Part shown: in pieces, positions 36,430 through 46,576 of the stretch | How the letters are laid out: the number at the start of each line of letters is the position of its first letter | How positions within the stretch are numbered: the first letter of the stretch is position 1 | Origin: a phage | Length of the DNA stretch: 64,000 nucleotides | Strand: one strand, 5' to 3' | Sequence record: PZ445439.1 | Program-made: the position numbers and the translations under genes | Notes under the pieces: model-generated | What the model saw: the letters and a program-made list of their open reading frames with translations, nothing else | Databases searched by the model: none | What the model was told of the DNA's origin: nothing

Positions 36430-37095
36430 TTAAAATTTCATTTTTCGACCTTTAAACCATCCTTCTGGAATTGGGTCAGTTTTCTTAATACGTTTAGAAA
36501 CTTTTTCATCTAATGAATGAATCCACATCATACCAAATTGGGAATTCTTTTCACCTTTTTGGTGATTATTTTTAGCATGAATTTCTTTCATTTTATTAAT
36601 AGTTTCAGGAGTATGGGTCTTACCCAAGAAAGATTTAGTATTTAAAAATTTCTCTCTATACTTAGGATTATCCCAAAGCTGTTTAAACCTTTCTGAACCC
36701 ATTTTACGATATTTTTCTTTAAGGTCTGGGTCGTTCTCAAATCTGGTTTTAAAAGCAGCAGCCCCTTTTAAGGAAGCTTCTTTCTTTTTATCCAAATATT
36801 CTTTAGTGTTTAAATGGTCCCAACCACCTTCACCACCTAATTTCAAATTATAAACATCAGGGCGCTTTAAAAACTCTTCAGTCAAAATATTCTTTTCTGA
36901 CTCAAACATAGAGGTTTTATCGTCAAAGAACTCTAATATTTCTTTAGAGAAATTTTCTATACCATACTTGTCTTGGGCTCTTTTTAATAATTTACCAGAA
37001 CCCATATATCCATCATCTAAATTTTCGGTAGAATGAGCGCCTATATAGATTTTATTATTAATTTTATTTGTTATTTTATAAGTGTAATGGAACAT
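36430..37095 (-). CDS. segB: GIY-YIG homing endonuclease SegB
   Basis: 221 aa; YTYKITNKINNKIYIGAHS GIY-YIG module; located inside tRNA cluster as in T4. Confidence 0.8.
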   Translation of the reverse strand: MFHYTYKITNKINNKIYIGAHSTENLDDGYMGSGKLLKRAQDKYGIENFSKEILEFFDDKTSMFESEKNILTEEFLKRPDVYNLKLGGEGGWDHLNTKEYLDKKKEASLKGAAAFKTRFENDPDLKEKYRKMGSERFKQLWDNPKYREKFLNTKSFLGKTHTPETINKMKEIHAKNNHQKGEKNSQFGMMWIHSLDEKVSKRIKKTDPIPEGWFKGRKMKF

Positions 37096-37136
37096 AAATA
37101 TCTCCTATTTCTAAGAGTATTTATGTTCCCAAAATA

Positions 37137-37208
37137 TGGCCCTGGGTGGAATTGAACCACCATCTGGCGATTATGAGTCGCTTGCTTGAACCTTCCAGCT
37201 ACAGGGCC
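37137..37208 (-). tRNA. tRNA-Ile (anticodon CAU, lysidine-type)
   Basis: acceptor GGCCCTG/CAGGGCC, anticodon loop CTCATAA, T-loop GGTTCAATTCC. Confidence 0.75.
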
Positions 37209-37209
37209 T

Positions 37210-37285
37210 TGGTGCTGATTGACGGAATCGAACCGCCGACCTTCTCATTACAAGTGAGTTGCTCTACCTACTGAGCTAAATCAGC
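37210..37285 (-). tRNA. tRNA-Thr (anticodon UGU), CCA encoded
   Basis: acceptor GCTGATT/AATCAGC, D-arm TAGCTCAGTAGGTAGAGC, anticodon loop CTTGTAA, T-loop GGTTCGATTCC. Confidence 0.85.
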
Positions 37286-37292
37286 GAAATTA

Positions 37293-37379
37293 CGGAGGCG
37301 ATAGGATTTGAACCTATGAGTCGCCGGAGCGACTGCCGGTTTTCAAGACCGGTGCATTAAACCACTCTGCCACGCCTCC
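37293..37379 (-). tRNA. tRNA-Ser (anticodon UGA), long variable arm
   Basis: acceptor GGAGGCG/CGCCTCC, anticodon stem CCGGT/ACCGG loop CTTGAAA, T-loop GGTTCAAATCC. Confidence 0.85.
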
Positions 37380-37381
37380 AG

Positions 37382-37455
37382 TCTCCGTGGCAGGATTTGA
37401 ACCTACGACATTCTGCTCCCAAAGCAGACGCTCTACCAAACTGAGCTACACGGAG
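37382..37455 (-). tRNA. tRNA-Pro (anticodon UGG)
   Basis: acceptor CTCCGTG/CACGGAG, D-arm TAGCTCAGTTTGGTAGAGC, anticodon loop TTTGGGA, T-loop GGTTCAAATCC. Confidence 0.85.
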
Positions 37456-37467
37456 TAAATTAAATTT

Positions 37468-37539
<72 letters not shown>

Positions 37540-37545
37540 AAACTT

Positions 37546-37632
37546 TGGTACGAGAAGTGGGACTCGAACCCACAAGGAAATCATTCCGCAGCATTTTAAG
37601 TGCTGTGCCTTTACCAATTTGACCATTCTCGC
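37546..37632 (-). tRNA. tRNA-Leu (anticodon UAA), long variable arm, CCA encoded
   Basis: acceptor GCGAGAA/TTCTCGT, anticodon stem CAGCA/TGCTG loop CTTAAAA, T-loop GGTTCGAGTCC. Confidence 0.85.
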
Positions 37633-37633
37633 G

Positions 37634-37706
37634 CTGGGAATAAAGGACTCGAACCTTTGCATCTAGCAGTCAAAGTGCTATGCCTTACCAACTTGGCTAA
37701 TTCCCA
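37634..37706 (-). tRNA. tRNA-Gln (anticodon UUG)
   Basis: acceptor TGGGAAT/ATTCCCA, D-arm TAGCCAAGTTGGTAAGGC, anticodon stem TAGCA/TGCTA loop CTTTGAC, T-loop GGTTCGAGTCC. Confidence 0.85.
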
Positions 37707-37792
37707 ATTATTAACAAAGGCTCTCAAACAAGAACCCTTGATGATAGAGGGTATTAATCAGTGCGGTATGAGTTAATAATAACAAATAATTC

Positions 37793-38308
37793 TTAAAGCA
37801 AATTAAACATTTTAACGGTCGGCAAAACAATTTCTTTTTCTATATAAGAGTATTTAACACTCTCAACTACACGCAAAAAATCATAATCATAATACTCAGA
37901 AGCACTGCCTAAAATATTAATAAGTCCTTCAAGCACTTTATTACCATTCACAAAGAATAAGTCAAATACACGTTCTTCGTCTTCTTCGGATTTATTACCA
38001 AGGTCAACTTCTATGTCAAAGACCTTTTTAATGAATTCTGGATAAAGTTGTTCTGAGAACAGTCCTTCAACCAAGTATTCATAAATAAAAAGCGATTGCT
38101 CGCTGAACAAGCCATTACCACAATAACGTTCAGCTTTAGTACTAGAATGTCTACTTTTAAACTTCTTTAAAAGATATTGAAATTGTAAGATTTCATGCTC
38201 TTCTACGCCAAACAGTGTTTTAGTTTTATAGTTGTCACCATCATTTTCCCAGGTAGTGACATCAATTACGTAACCCTGTGGAATTGTAGTACCTAAACAA
38301 ATATTCAT
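37793..38308 (-). CDS. hypothetical acidic protein
   Basis: 171 aa ORF upstream of tRNA cluster. Confidence 0.45.
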   Translation of the reverse strand: MNICLGTTIPQGYVIDVTTWENDGDNYKTKTLFGVEEHEILQFQYLLKKFKSRHSSTKAERYCGNGLFSEQSLFIYEYLVEGLFSEQLYPEFIKKVFDIEVDLGNKSEEDEERVFDLFFVNGNKVLEGLINILGSASEYYDYDFLRVVESVKYSYIEKEIVLPTVKMFNLL

Positions 38309-38604
38309 TTGCTCACCATATTAATGTAAGTATATTCAATACATTCAAGACCCAAAGGATTCTTGAAAATATCATATTCAAGAGGACCTTTTTCCGTTTC
38401 AATAAAGAAATCAAAATTTACTGTATTAAATTTACGGTCTTCCTTCACTAATTTAACCTGAGAAGATGAACGGTCAATGTAAACCTTTTCAACTTCAAAA
38501 CATGTTAAAATGCCATAATCATCAATCAAGGCTTTAGCTGCTTCTTGATCATATTTATATCCATTTTCAATGGATGATACTTTAGCATAAAGAATCATTA
38601 TCAC
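38305..38604 (-). CDS. hypothetical protein
   Basis: 99 aa; its first 26 nt are duplicated at 39013..39038. Confidence 0.45.
   Translation of the reverse strand: MIMILYAKVSSIENGYKYDQEAAKALIDDYGILTCFEVEKVYIDRSSSQVKLVKEDRKFNTVNFDFFIETEKGPLEYDIFKNPLGLECIEYTYINMVSK
38576..38601 (-). repeat. 26-bp direct repeat (copy 1, gene start)
   Basis: tactttagcataaagaatcattatca identical at 39013..39038. Confidence 0.85.
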
Positions 38605-38981
38605 ACTCCGTAGTCTATCTTGACCAATCTACCTTTGTAGTAGCCAAAGTTCTTTGGAAAGGCATCATACTCAAAGAAATCACGGTCAAGCGTTCTGCAT
38701 TCATCACCATCAACATCATTATAGAGCTTTTGCAAATCAGATTTAAAAAGCTCCTTATCCTCAACTGGCTCTGCTTTGTGCATCACAACCATGAGACCAA
38801 ATCTGTTTGAGTATGCTATTGGGCATAGGTGCTTGTTATCATACCCCTTCCACTGACCTTCTGTAAGATTGCTGAGCATACCCTGCACGAAGTGTTTCCA
38901 TGTCTTGGGGATAGGGAATTTAATAGCATACTTACGTGTTAGTAGTACCCATCTGGTTCCACCCGATTTAATTAATTTCAT
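38601..38981 (-). CDS. hypothetical protein
   Basis: 126 aa ORF. Confidence 0.45.
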   Translation of the reverse strand: MKLIKSGGTRWVLLTRKYAIKFPIPKTWKHFVQGMLSNLTEGQWKGYDNKHLCPIAYSNRFGLMVVMHKAEPVEDKELFKSDLQKLYNDVDGDECRTLDRDFFEYDAFPKNFGYYKGRLVKIDYGV

Positions 38982-39012
38982 AGTCTCAGCTACCTCAATA
39001 TTAATTTAAGCA

Positions 39013-39038
39013 ATATCATTCCTATAAGGTAGTACTTT
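39013..39038 (-). repeat. 26-bp direct repeat (copy 2, intergenic pseudo-start)
   Basis: encodes truncated MILYAKV... then stop after 15 codons. Confidence 0.85.
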
Positions 39039-39055
39039 AGCATAAAGAATCATTA

Positions 39056-39466
39056 TCAGCCTCTATCAACGATAGCATGAGTATGGGCATTTACGATTTG
39101 CCACCAGTCGAAACGATTGGAACCATAATCTGGTTTATTTTCATTTTCTTTAATGATATCACGCAATTTATCTTCTGTTTCAGCATACGCAATTAAATCA
39201 TCATATCCACCACAAGGATAATAATTATCACCTGCGAATAAAAGAAAATTTACCTTAGATGGATTTACGTAATAATGGTCTTTAGGATATTTAGTTCCTC
39301 TCCAATCAGTTACTTCAACATAACGGTAAGAAAATCCATTTTTACTTTCAATCCAACTCCACGCTTCAAAAGGAGTATTAAAAACTTTATCAGGTATTAA
39401 ATTACCTTCAAAATGAGAAGGATTTGCATAATCCCCGGCATAAACATAATATTCGTTAATACTCAT
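39056..39466 (-). CDS. hypothetical protein (Tyr/Trp-rich)
   Basis: 136 aa ORF. Confidence 0.45.
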   Translation of the reverse strand: MSINEYYVYAGDYANPSHFEGNLIPDKVFNTPFEAWSWIESKNGFSYRYVEVTDWRGTKYPKDHYYVNPSKVNFLLFAGDNYYPCGGYDDLIAYAETEDKLRDIIKENENKPDYGSNRFDWWQIVNAHTHAIVDRG

Positions 39467-39652
39467 TTATTCACCTTTAGAAATTTTATCCATAACGATA
39501 GCAATTAAACCAATTAAAAATGCTACTACAAGTGAAAACACATTTTCTGCTGTAGTTAATAATCCGCATATAAATCCAACAAACATTGAAAAACTAAAAG
39601 CGGAAGCAGAAATTGCAATAGCAACATTTCGAATTAATTCACAACGTTTCAT
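39467..39652 (-). CDS. small membrane protein
   Basis: 61 aa, two hydrophobic segments; GAGGAG RBS and early promoter upstream. Confidence 0.45.
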   Translation of the reverse strand: MKRCELIRNVAIAISASAFSFSMFVGFICGLLTTAENVFSLVVAFLIGLIAIVMDKISKGE

Positions 39653-39680
39653 TTTATTCTCCTCAGTAGTTGATAGGGTA

Positions 39681-39710
39681 ATAGTATCACTACCCTATCT
39701 AAAAGTAAAC
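39681..39710 (-). promoter_or_regulatory. T4 early-type promoter with -10 inside 9-bp inverted repeat
   Basis: minus strand GTTTACTTTTAGATAGGGTAGTGATACTATTACCCTATCAA; inverted repeat GATAGGGTA/TACCCTATC. Confidence 0.5.
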
Positions 39711-39944
39711 TCATTTTTTACGAAAAATTGATTTATTTTCTGCTGCCCATTTTTCAATAACTGCAGCCGGACCAGTAACAACAATTTTATCACCGTAATC
39801 TTCTGCGGCGAGTTGACCGAAATCATCTAATGCATCACGAAGAACTCCATGAGGCATTTCACCCATTTTATCTTTCTTGCCAGTGTAAATAAACTCAACT
39901 TTTACATCAGCAGTTTCAGCAATAAATTCTTGATACGTTTTCAT
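39711..39944 (-). CDS. capsid internal protein (CTS-bearing; ipI position)
   Basis: MKTYQEFIAE N-terminus from ATG at 39944 with GGAGAAC RBS; adjacent to 57B. Confidence 0.6.
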   Translation of the reverse strand: MKTYQEFIAETADVKVEFIYTGKKDKMGEMPHGVLRDALDDFGQLAAEDYGDKIVVTGPAAVIEKWAAENKSIFRKK

Positions 39945-39980
39945 TTTGTTCTCCAATTTCACATTTGTTTTGATAGGGTA

Positions 39981-40010
39981 ATAGTATCACTACTAAAACC
40001 CCATGTAAAC
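39981..40010 (-). promoter_or_regulatory. T4 early-type promoter
   Basis: minus strand TTTCACAAAGTTGTTTACA-17 nt-TACTAT upstream of ipI-position gene. Confidence 0.5.
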
Positions 40011-40022
40011 AACTTTGTGAAA

Positions 40023-40719
<697 letters not shown>

Positions 40720-40720
<1 letters not shown>

Positions 40721-41433
40721 TATAGTACCTTTAGTGTATTTTTAATTTTAGAAAAAAGTTCTTCAAGAGAACCATCGTTTGTAATTACTAAATCGCCATC
40801 ACGAATTGGCAATCCAGCTTCTGTAATATGAGTATCATTGGATTTTTGACCAGGACGAACTACATGAATTACTGTAGCACCCATCGCCCTAGCCGCATCC
40901 ATTTCATGATCTTGACGAGTATCAGGAACGATATAATAATCATAACCTGAGTTAAATTTATCAAGATAATCTAAAGCAAATAATTTTACCCAGTACATGC
41001 GGTCGAAGTTATTAACAATCAAATCCGTACCTAGGGCTTGCATCAGACGACGGACTGACCATTGATCTTCAATATTATTTATAACGTCAGTAATTTTGTT
41101 AAATGCTACGAAATTAACTGCGTCATCAAAAACAAACACACCTTTAATTGGGCTTTTACTATTAAGATAGCAAAATGCTTGTTCCATAATCGTAATTACT
41201 TCTAATTTAGTCAGATTTAAATTAGTTTCACGATCATAGTCAATTCCTTCAAACTCTTTACGAGTTAAGCAAGGATAGTCAGTGTTTGCTGCAAATACAC
41301 CCCATGCATAAGCCAATGCATCCTTAATAGGACCAGCAAGTTGGTATTTAACTGCAGAATAATTGCTCATGATAAAATCAGCAGTAGTATCTTTTCCACT
41401 GCGCTTTACACCGCTTAAAAAGATTAGTTTCAT
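40720..41433 (-). CDS. 1: deoxynucleoside monophosphate kinase
   Basis: P-loop GVKRSGKDT; ATG at 41433 with GAGGAG RBS; 237 aa. Confidence 0.85.
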
Positions 41434-41482
41434 GTGTTTCTCCTCAAATTTAATTAAGATTATAACACACAAAACTGAAGCA

Positions 41483-42013
41483 TTAAACTTCCGCTATAAT
41501 TTTTCCATCTTTTTCTACTTGAAAATAGGTGTAAGGAATCGTTGCAGTACATACTAAAGCCGGGTCTGAATCTTCTGTGTAGCTAAATTCTACTTCAGAC
41601 AAGTCAGAAACCCAAGGCTTATAAAAATTTATTGACATCACTATTTCAGTTTTGCTATTATCTAAGATGTAAAGCGTAATGTACTCAGGACCTGTTTTTT
41701 GGGCAGTATTTTCACCTGTAAGATAGTTGCTAGTTCCTAGCATCCATTCATACATTCCTATCCACGACTTAAGTTCTTCATCAACTATAAATCTCACAAT
41801 GAGTGGATCATACTCAAATGTAACACCTGGACGTTGTGCTCGGCCCAGTCCAAACGGCCCAGTCACGGTATCAGTAACAGGTATTCTAATTCCTGGAATA
41901 GGAACTGACTGAGCATTTAAAGTAAAAGCAGATGTAGTATTACTATGTGGTATTGATACTACAAAGTTAGTTGTATTTGCTTGGTTAAAAATTTGTTGCA
42001 GAGCTTGCGACAT
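41483..42013 (-). CDS. 3: tail sheath stabiliser/tail completion protein gp3
   Basis: 176 aa from ATG at 42013 (MSQALQQIF...), same length as T4 gp3. Confidence 0.8.
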   Translation of the reverse strand: MSQALQQIFNQANTTNFVVSIPHSNTTSAFTLNAQSVPIPGIRIPVTDTVTGPFGLGRAQRPGVTFEYDPLIVRFIVDEELKSWIGMYEWMLGTSNYLTGENTAQKTGPEYITLYILDNSKTEIVMSINFYKPWVSDLSEVEFSYTEDSDPALVCTATIPYTYFQVEKDGKIIAEV

Positions 42014-42119
42014 ATATTCCTCATAATGCTTTATAACTGTTGGTGGTATAATGGGTCTAAGTCCCTTCCATTCAATTCCATTTAGAACAAACAACAGAAA
42101 AGAATGGAAGATAATAGAA

Positions 42120-42944
42120 TTAGATATTTGACCAGACTTTGTTTGCAGAGAAACGTTTTCCTTTTGAAACGAACTGCTGAAGTGGCATCAACACAACGTT
42201 CGCCCAGTCTTTCGGGGCGATTTCAACAAGGCTACCCATAATATTACCGGGTATATATGCCTTAATCATTTGGTCTGCACCCCTAAATCCTTTCACTTGA
42301 CTCCAATCAATTTTTAATTTCGTTTTATTAGTAATAGTAGGTGTATTTGAATATTGCTTTAAAAGCTCTTCTAGAAATTGCTGACGAGCTTTAGGTGGAA
42401 TATAGTGCAAGTTCAATCCGTACATTAAATTATGCTTACCTAAACCAAGGTAAATTATCAAAGGAAATTTATCCCAGTAAGGAAGAGTTTCCTTGTGTTT
42501 AGCATCATAAGCAAAAGCATATATTCGTCCCGGCTGCGGGCGAACAACTTTATGTCCTTTTACTTGCTTAATAGTTTCAGCAAACCACTTTCTGGTTTTA
42601 TTATTAATTGCTGCACCTTCATTACGAATTTTATCGCGCAATGTTTGTCTGAATGAATTTATCATAAGCAGTTGTCTTTCTTGCTTATTGAGCTTATTCA
42701 TTGGTTTTGATTCAAGCTTTTGAATCTTTTCAGCTGTTTTAATTCCTGAAGCATATTTTGACATTGCCGAAGTAAACGTAGAGTATTTGATTCCTCTTTC
42801 TTCAGCAAATTGCTTTCCTGTCATTCCTTTTGCTTTGGCCTTTTTGTATTCAAGACCTATTTGAATCCATTTCTTTTCGTTTAATGATTGCTTAACCTTT
42901 GGAACTTGGGGAGTGCTTTCATTAATTATTTGAAAAATAGCCAT
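42120..42944 (-). CDS. 2: DNA end-protector protein gp2
   Basis: 274 aa, same length as T4 gp2; basic protein; start overlaps gp4 stop (TAATG). Confidence 0.85.
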   Translation of the reverse strand: MAIFQIINESTPQVPKVKQSLNEKKWIQIGLEYKKAKAKGMTGKQFAEERGIKYSTFTSAMSKYASGIKTAEKIQKLESKPMNKLNKQERQLLMINSFRQTLRDKIRNEGAAINNKTRKWFAETIKQVKGHKVVRPQPGRIYAFAYDAKHKETLPYWDKFPLIIYLGLGKHNLMYGLNLHYIPPKARQQFLEELLKQYSNTPTITNKTKLKIDWSQVKGFRGADQMIKAYIPGNIMGSLVEIAPKDWANVVLMPLQQFVSKGKRFSANKVWSNI

Positions 42945-43396
42945 TATGCCCCCTTAAAGCCAAGAGCTCGTAATCCATCTTCTGTTAGAATTCTAAATTT
43001 TATTCCACGCTTTTCAGCTAAAGCTTGCGCTGCTTTCCATTTGTCGGTATTAACAGAATATGTATAAATTTCATTCATAAATCTTTTCTTCGCTGCGGTT
43101 GTTAGATGTGCTGGTTTAACCGGTGGTTGTGTTTCTTTTTTAGGTTTTATTTCAATAAAAAATTCTTGCCCAGAAGAATCTTTCATCCAAATATCCATGA
43201 AGTATCTACGTTTTTTCCCTTCTGCATTACAAAAATAAGGAATTACTGCTGTTTCACTACCCCATGCAATAATTTCTGGATTTTTATCTAACCATTCAAA
43301 AAAGAATTTTTCCCAATTTGATCTATACGTAATTTTTTTAGGGTCACCTCTATACTTTGATATATTTTTAGGAACCCATTTTCCAGAATATGCCAT
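42944..43396 (-). CDS. 4: head completion protein gp4
   Basis: 150 aa, same length as T4 gp4; position before divergent gene 53. Confidence 0.85.
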   Translation of the reverse strand: MAYSGKWVPKNISKYRGDPKKITYRSNWEKFFFEWLDKNPEIIAWGSETAVIPYFCNAEGKKRRYFMDIWMKDSSGQEFFIEIKPKKETQPPVKPAHLTTAAKKRFMNEIYTYSVNTDKWKAAQALAEKRGIKFRILTEDGLRALGFKGA

Positions 43397-43406
43397 TGGA
43401 TTCTCC

Positions 43407-43414
43407 TTATAAAT
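43407..43414 (+). promoter_or_regulatory. late promoter TATAAATA for gene 53
   Basis: exact TATAAATA 30 nt upstream of gp53 ATG with GGAGGG RBS. Confidence 0.6.
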
Positions 43415-43420
43415 AGATAA

Positions 43421-43428
43421 TATATTTA
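43421..43428 (-). promoter_or_regulatory. late promoter TATAAATA (divergent, for genes 4-2-3)
   Basis: minus strand GTTTATAAATAT upstream of gp4 start. Confidence 0.5.
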
Positions 43429-43443
43429 TAAACAGGAGGGCCC

Positions 43444-44034
43444 ATGCTCTTTACATTTTTTGATCCGATTGAATATGCGGCCAAAACGGTGAATAAAAAC
43501 GCGCCGACTATTCCTATGACAGATATTTTTAGAAACTATAAAGACTATTTTAAACGCGCTCTTGCGGGATACCGCTTACGTACTTATTATATTAAAGGTT
43601 CACCACGCCCGGAAGAATTAGCAAATACTATATATGGAAATCCACAGCTGTATTGGGTTTTATTGATGTGTAATGATAATTATGATCCGTATTATGGATG
43701 GATTACTTCACAAGAAGCAGCTTATCAAGCATCTATACAAAAATACAAAAATGTGGGTGGAGACCAAATAGTATATCATGTGAATGAGAACGGTGAAAAA
43801 TTTTATAATTTAATATCATACGATGATAATCCATATGTTTGGTATGACAAAGGCGATAAAGCTAGAAAATATCCTCAATATGAAGGAGCACTTGCTGCGG
43901 TCGATACGTATGAAGCTGCTGTTCTTGAAAATGAAAAACTTCGTCAAATAAAAATAATAGCAAAATCAGACATTAATTCATTTATGAACGACCTTATACG
44001 TATAATGGAGAAATCTTATGGAAATGATAAGTAA
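43444..44034 (+). CDS. 53: baseplate wedge protein gp53
   Basis: 196 aa, same length as T4 gp53; first gene of plus-strand late module. Confidence 0.85.
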   Translation: MLFTFFDPIEYAAKTVNKNAPTIPMTDIFRNYKDYFKRALAGYRLRTYYIKGSPRPEELANTIYGNPQLYWVLLMCNDNYDPYYGWITSQEAAYQASIQKYKNVGGDQIVYHVNENGEKFYNLISYDDNPYVWYDKGDKARKYPQYEGALAAVDTYEAAVLENEKLRQIKIIAKSDINSFMNDLIRIMEKSYGNDK

Positions 44035-45745
44035 TAACCTTAATTGGTTTGTTGGTGTTGTTGAAGATAGAATGGACCCATTAAAATTAGGTCGTGTTCG
44101 TGTTCGTGTGGTTGGTCTGCATCCACCTCAAAGAGCACAAGGTGATGTAATGGGTATTCCAACTGAAAAATTACCATGGATGTCAGTTATTCAACCTATA
44201 ACTTCTGCAGCGATGTCAGGAATTGGAGGTTCTGTTACAGGGCCAGTAGAAGGAACTAGAGTTTATGGTCATTTTTTAGACAAATGGAAAACTAACGGAA
44301 TTGTCCTTGGCACATATGGTGGAATAGTTCGCGAAAAACCGAATAGACTTGAAGGATTTTCTGACCCAACTGGGCAGTATCCTAGACGTTTAGGAAATGA
44401 TACGAACGTATTAAACCAAGGCGGAGAAGTAGGATATGATTCGTCTTCTAACATTATCCAAGATAGTAACTTAGACACCGCAATAAATCCCGATGATAGA
44501 CCACTATCAGAGATTCCAACCGATGATAATCCAAATATGTCAATGGCTGAAATGCTTCGCCGTGATGAAGGATTAAGATTAAAAGTTTATTGGGATACCG
44601 AAGGATATCCGACAATTGGTATTGGTCATCTTATCATGAAGCAGCCAGTTCGTGATATGGCTCAAATTAATAAAGTTTTATCAAAACAAGTTGGTCGTGA
44701 AATTACTGGAAACCCAGGTTCTATTACAATGGAAGAGGCGACAGCTTTATTTGAGCGTGATTTGGCTGATATGCAACGGGACATTAAATCACATTCTAAA
44801 GTTGGCCCAGTTTGGCAGGCAGTTAATCGTTCTCGTCAAATGGCGTTAGAAAATATGGCATTTCAGATGGGTGTTGGCGGTGTAGCTAAATTTAACACAA
44901 TGTTAACTGCTATGTTAGCCGGAGATTGGGAAAAAGCATATAAAGCTGGTCGTGATTCATTGTGGTATCAACAAACAAAAGGCCGTGCATCCCGTGTTAC
45001 CATGATTATTCTTACGGGAAATTTGGAATCATATGGTGTTGAAGTGAAAACCCCAGCTAGGTCTCTATCAGCAATGGCTGCTACTGTAGCTAAATCTTCT
45101 GACCCTGCTGATCCTCCTATTCCAAATGACTCGAGAATTTTATTCAAAGAACCAGTTTCTTCATATAAAGGTGAATATCCTTATGTGCATACAATGGAAA
45201 CTGAAAGTGGACATATCCAAGAATTTGATGATACCCCTGGGCAAGAACGATACAGATTAGTTCATCCAACTGGAACTTATGAAGAAGTATCACCGTCAGG
45301 AAGAAGAACAAGAAAAACTGTTGATAATTTGTATGATATAACCAACGCTGATGGTAATTTTTTGGTAGCCGGTGATAAAAAGACTAACGTCGGTGGATCA
45401 GAAATTTATTACAACATGGATAATCGTCTTCACCAAATAGATGGAAGCAATACGATATTTGTTCGAGGCGATGAAACTAAGACGGTTGAAGGTAATGGAA
45501 CTATCCTAGTTAAAGGTAATGTTACTATTGTAGTTGAAGGTAATGCTGACATTACAGTTAAAGGAGATGCTACCACTTTAGTTGAAGGAAATCAGACTAA
45601 TACAGTAAATGGAAATCTTTCTTGGAAAGTTGCTGGGACAGTTGATTGGGACGTTGGTGGTGATTGGACAGAAAAAATGGCATCTATGAGTTCTATTTCA
45701 TCTGGTCAATACACAATTGATGGATCGAGGATTGACATTGGCTAA
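44018..45745 (+). CDS. 5: baseplate hub/cell-puncturing protein with lysozyme domain gp5
   Basis: 575 aa; OB-fold N-terminus, lysozyme domain DEGLRLKVYWDTEGYPTIGIGHL, C-terminal VxGxxxxx beta-helix repeats. Confidence 0.95.
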   Translation: MEMISNNLNWFVGVVEDRMDPLKLGRVRVRVVGLHPPQRAQGDVMGIPTEKLPWMSVIQPITSAAMSGIGGSVTGPVEGTRVYGHFLDKWKTNGIVLGTYGGIVREKPNRLEGFSDPTGQYPRRLGNDTNVLNQGGEVGYDSSSNIIQDSNLDTAINPDDRPLSEIPTDDNPNMSMAEMLRRDEGLRLKVYWDTEGYPTIGIGHLIMKQPVRDMAQINKVLSKQVGREITGNPGSITMEEATALFERDLADMQRDIKSHSKVGPVWQAVNRSRQMALENMAFQMGVGGVAKFNTMLTAMLAGDWEKAYKAGRDSLWYQQTKGRASRVTMIILTGNLESYGVEVKTPARSLSAMAATVAKSSDPADPPIPNDSRILFKEPVSSYKGEYPYVHTMETESGHIQEFDDTPGQERYRLVHPTGTYEEVSPSGRRTRKTVDNLYDITNADGNFLVAGDKKTNVGGSEIYYNMDNRLHQIDGSNTIFVRGDETKTVEGNGTILVKGNVTIVVEGNADITVKGDATTLVEGNQTNTVNGNLSWKVAGTVDWDVGGDWTEKMASMSSISSGQYTIDGSRIDIG

Positions 45746-46274
45746 TATACTTCCAATGAGCGCTGATTTAGGAGAATCCATGGAAGGTTCTTCTATCGAC
45801 GTCACCTTTACCGCTCAATTAGAAACAGGTGAAACGTTAGTATCTATAAATATAACTAGTTACGAAGAAACTCCTGGGGTTTTAGTAGAAGAAAATCGCT
45901 TATATGGAACATATGAATCTGTGTTTGGATTTGGAAATGACGCGTTGAAATATCGTTTAGGCGATGAATTTAAAACTGCTGCTTCATGGGAAGAACTTCC
46001 TACTGATTCTGACACTCAGTTGTATTTGTGGAAAGCTCCTCAGAATCTCCAGAAGACATTCACTTACGAAGTAACATTAATATATGACTACCAAGAACAA
46101 AGTGAATCTGGAGGTTCTGGTAGTAATTCTAGGTCATCTTCTGATACTACTGAACCAACAGATCCTCCTGCTCCAGTAAGAAAAACTCTCGTTAAAAATT
46201 ATACTAAAACTATAGTTGGAAATTGGAGTCGTTGGGCTAATAAATTGAGAAGCTATGTATATGAGAGGCCATAA
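45717..46274 (+). CDS. 5.1: hypothetical baseplate-region protein gp5.1
   Basis: 185 aa ORF between 5 and 5.4. Confidence 0.6.
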
Positions 46275-46568
46275 ATGTCAGGATTAAGTTATGATAAGTG
46301 TGTTACTGCTGGCCATGAAGCGTGGCCTCCAACAGTTGTGAATGCTACACAAAGTAAAGTATTCACTGGAGGAATTGCTGTTCTAGTAGCAGGCGATCCA
46401 ATTACAGAACATACAGAAATTAAAAAGCCATATGAAACACATGGCGGAGTGACACAACCTCGAACTTCTAAGGTATATGTCACTGGAAAGAAAGCTGTTC
46501 AAATGGCTGATCCAATATCATGCGGTGATACTGTGGCTCAGGCATCATCTAAAGTATTCATTAAATAG
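46275..46568 (+). CDS. 5.4: PAAR-repeat spike tip protein gp5.4
   Basis: 97 aa; PAAR-like repeats ([20 protein letters not shown]). Confidence 0.85.
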
Positions 46569-46576
46569 GATTTAAA

